A DNA stretch of 63,334 nt, filler included, from Chiloscyllium plagiosum (taxonomy: Eukaryota), in NCBI RefSeq assembly GCF_004010195.1. It is 5 parts of one record of this genome, joined end to end, with 100 filler letters (N's around TTAATTAATTAA, not from the genome) between each part and the next. Parts side by side here need not be neighbours in the genome. Positions count along the whole stretch, not along the records: positions 60,199 to 63,334 come from NC_057714.1; 4 more parts are not named here. One strand, written 5' to 3'. Shown here piece after piece: positions 60,199-63,334 of this stretch; position 1 is the first letter of the stretch; each line of letters begins with the position of its first letter. The notes beneath the pieces were generated by a model. The model saw nothing but the letters and a program-made list of their open reading frames with translations, was not told the DNA's origin and ran no database searches. The position numbers were made by a program, and so were the translations under genes.

Positions 60199-60520
60199 TG
60201 TTGTGGTTGGGGATGGATTGGGGGTAACCTGTTGGGTCTGGGATAGATTTGGGGTTAACGTGTTGGGTCTGTGATGGATTGGGGTAACGTGTTGGGGTTG
60301 GGAATGGATTGGGGGTAATGTGTTGTGGTTGGGGATGGCTTGAGGGTAACGTGTTGGGTCTGGGATGGATTGGGGGTAACGTGTTGGGTCTGAAATGGTT
60401 TGGGGGTAAAGTGTTGGGTCTAGGATGGATTCGGGGTAATGTGCTTGGGTCTGGGATGGATTGGGGTGTAATGTGACTGGGGTTTGGGATAGACTTGAGG
60501 GTAATGTGTCTGGGGTCTGG
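60199..60520. repeat. G-rich minisatellite, unit about 30-31 bp, about 10 copies
   Basis: Consensus approximately GGATGGATTGGGGGTAACGTGTTGGGTCTG. Confidence 0.92.
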
Positions 60521-61107
60521 TCCCCACCCCAGCCTTCCCATCCTGCTCTTGGGGGATCACGCAATGCCCCCACCTCTGTTTCCATTCCCTCATCTCCTGT
60601 CGGAGTGGACCTCCTCCTGCATCCCCTCCATCCCAGCATCCTCTGGGGGCTTGGGACTGACACGCACAGTGCTCTGAGTACCCAGAGGGGTGTGGGGCAT
60701 AGGGGTAACTTAGGGGCATTGAGTAATATATCCTCATGGTGAAACACCATCCCAACCCCTGACCATGGCTGGTCCTAATGTGCTTGGGGAAGATGTATCT
60801 TGCTGCAAACAGACATGAGACGTTTATTAGCTTAAACTTGCAAAGTGAGTTATTGATTTGCTGACTTACAACCTGTTTAATATCTTTGGAAGGGAATGTG
60901 TCAGCTGTTCAGCACCTGGAAGTTTTCATGTTACTGATCGAAGGTTAATTTAAGAGATTAGATCCAAACCATTACCGCCCAGCGCTTTGTGTGAAATCCC
61001 GACTCTCCTTCAGCGCCAACACTAACCGGGCAGGCTGGCTACGGCGTGACATCCCTGTCAAAAACAACTAGCATTTCTACAGCACCATTAACACGGTAAG
61101 GCGTTTA

Positions 61108-62400
61108 AGTCACAGAGTTATACAGCATAGGAACAGGCCCTTCAGCCCACCACATCTGTACTGACCAGCAAACTCCAAACTAAATTCATTCCATTTACAA
61201 ATCCAGCCTATCCAGTATCTCCTCATTCAGGCAATATCCTGATGAATCTCTTCTCCACCCTCTACACCATCTCCTGATAGTGTAGTGAACAGAGCATAGG
61301 ATTTCACCTGTGGCCTAACCAAGGTTTTATGAGGTTGTAATAAGATGTCCTTGCTCCTGTATTCCATGCTAATGAAGGCAAGCATTCCTTTTGCCTTCTT
61401 CGCCACCCTGTCTACCAGAAGGACACCCAGGCCCCTCTGCGCAGTGGTAGACCCCAGCATGTTGATAGTAAGGTATTCAGTGATGCCACTGAATATCAAG
61501 AGGTGGTAGTTAGATTCTCTCTTGTTATAGAGTCATGCAACACGGAAACAGACCCTTCGGTCCTACCAGCCCATGCCAAACATGTTCCCAAGCTGAACTA
61601 GTCCCACTTGCTTGCATTTGGCCCATATCCCTCCAAATCTTTCCTATTCATGGACTTAGCTGAAAATGTGTTGCTGGAAAAGCGCAGCAGGTCCAAGGTG
61701 AGGGTGATAGGCCGGAGTGGGGGTGGGGGCGGAGAGGTCAGGAAGATGATTGCAGGTTAGGAAGGCGGTGCTGAGTTCAAGGGATTTGACTGAGACAAGG
61801 TGGGGGGAGGGGAAATGGACTTACCCAAATGCTTTTTAAATGTTGTAACTGTACCTGCATCCAACGCTTCCTTGGGCAGTTCATTCCACACACGAACCAC
61901 CCTCGAGGTAAAAAAACGTAGCCCCTCTTGTCCTTTTCAATTTTTCTTCCTCTCACCTTAATAATGGGCCCCCAATTTTGAAATCCCCAACCTTAGGGAA
62001 AACGCCTTTGCTAGTCACCTTATCTATACCCCTCATGATTTTATAAACCTCTGTAAGGTTACCTGTCAACTCCCTACGTTCCAGTGAAAAACATCCCGGC
62101 CTATCCAGCATCTCATTATAACTCAAACGCTCCAGTTGCAGCAATATCCTGGTTAGTCTTTTTCAAACCCTCTCCAGTTTAATAGTCACCTTCTTATAAC
62201 AGGGTGACCAGAACTGGATAAACTACTCCAGAACAGGCCTCACCTATGTCCTGTACAACCTCAACATGGCATTCCAACTCCTGTACTCAAAGGTCTGAGC
62301 AATGAAGCCCAGTGCGTTAAACACCTTCTTAACCATCCTGAAAGCCTGTGACAGAAATTTCAAAGAATTATGTACCCGAAGCCCGAGGTCTCTCTGTTTA
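61108..62400 (-). mobile_element. Cluster of CR1 3' fragments (about 61108-61430 and 61526-62400)
   Basis: Two reverse-complement 3'UTRs (AACAGGCCCTTCAGCCC, AAACAGACCCTTCGGTCC) with RT tail peptides. Confidence 0.8.
61659..61814 (-). mobile_element. Internally deleted PLE fragment with a 9-bp TSD
   Basis: TSD ATGGACTTA at 61650-61658 and 61815-61823; begins GCTGAAAATGTGTTGCTGGAAAAGCGCAGCAGGTC. Confidence 0.82.
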
Positions 62401-63100
62401 TATCTGGCATTGATGTGATACAGATGTTACATGGCACTTCTTAGCCCAAGCCTGGACATATATGCCCAGATCTTGTTGCTATTGGACGTGTACTGTTGGT
62501 ATCTGAGGAGTCATGAATGGTGCTGAACGTTGTGCAATGTAACCTTATGATGGAGGGAAGGTCATTGATGAAGCAGCTGAAGATGGTTGGGGTCTAGGAC
62601 ACTCCCCTGAGGGACTCCTGCAGAGATGTCCTGGAGCTGAGATGACTGACCTCCAACAACCTCGACCATCTTCCTGTGTACCACGTATGACCCCAACCAG
62701 TGGAGAGCTTGCCCCCGATACCCATTGATTCCAGTTTTGCCAGGGCTCCTTGATGCCACACGGTCGAATGCAGCCTTGATGTCAAGGGCAGTCCCTCTCC
62801 CCTCACCCTCTGGAATTCAGCTCTTTTGTCCATGTTTGACCCAAGGCTGTAATGAGGTCAGGAGCTGAGTGACCCTGGTGTAACCCAAACTGGGCATCAC
62901 TGAGCAGGTCATTGCTGAGCAGGTGCTGCTTGATAGCTCCGTTGGTGAGACCTTCCATCACTTTACTGATGATCGAGAGTAGACTGATGGGGCGGTAATT
63001 GGCTGGATTGGGTTTATCCTGCTTTTTATGTACAGGACATACCTGGGCATTTTCCACACTGTGGGGTAGAGGCCAGTGTTGTAACTGTGCTGGAACAGCT
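62401..63100 (-). mobile_element. RT fragment of the second LINE family (as 12252-16944)
   Basis: [36 protein letters not shown]. Confidence 0.88.
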
Positions 63101-63334
63101 TAGAACAAAGAACATAGAACAATACAGCACAGAACAGGCCCTTCGGCCCACAATGTTGTGCCGAACATTTGTCCTAGCTTAAGCACCTATCCATGTACCT
63201 ATCCAATTGCCACTTAAAGGTCACCAAAGATTCTGACTCTACCACTCCCACAGGCAGCGCATTCCATGCCCCCACCACTCTCTGGGTAAAGAACCTACCC
63301 CTGACATCTCCCGTATACCTTCCACCCTTCACCT
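63101..63334 (-). mobile_element. Young CR1 3' end, cut by the window end
   Basis: Nearly identical to 2802-3026. Confidence 0.93.

Noticed and set aside
60143..60755. Pro-rich repetitive ORFs
   Set aside because: Translations of the 30-bp minisatellite, open in several frames and with no splice support.

Overview
Vertebrate genomic DNA, almost certainly a cartilaginous fish (shark-type HE1/V-SINEs and CR1 families), from a gapped draft scaffold with two plain N gaps and four artificial 100-nt linkers (N44-TTAATTAATTAA-N44). The only host gene I recognise is UBE3C (HECT E3 ligase) on the minus strand. Three consecutive, phase-compatible internal exons lie at 56387-56547, 51515-51747 and 40082-40186; the last is absent from the ORF track. 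Most of the rest is nested retrotransposons: many CR1 LINEs, a second APE-RT LINE family with a tRNA-like head, an L1/Tx1-clade LINE, a Gmr1-type Gypsy element (integrase before RT), SINEs, and a Penelope-like element (PLE) plus many short PLE termini. The most interesting signals are: (1) short TSD-flanked PLE termini carrying minimal hammerhead ribozymes with stem covariation and a shared boundary; (2) a 1.06-kb near-perfect palindrome in which a PLE insertion captured an inverted copy of its own flank; (3) a tandem array of tRNA-Pro-like primer-binding sites after the Gypsy LTR; (4) a 187-bp tandem monomer with palindromic splice donors on both strands; (5) near-identical inverted CR1 ends bracketing two UBE3C exons, a circRNA-type geometry. 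I see no clearly new protein-coding system. Element boundaries were read by eye and are approximate unless a TSD or splice site is quoted.
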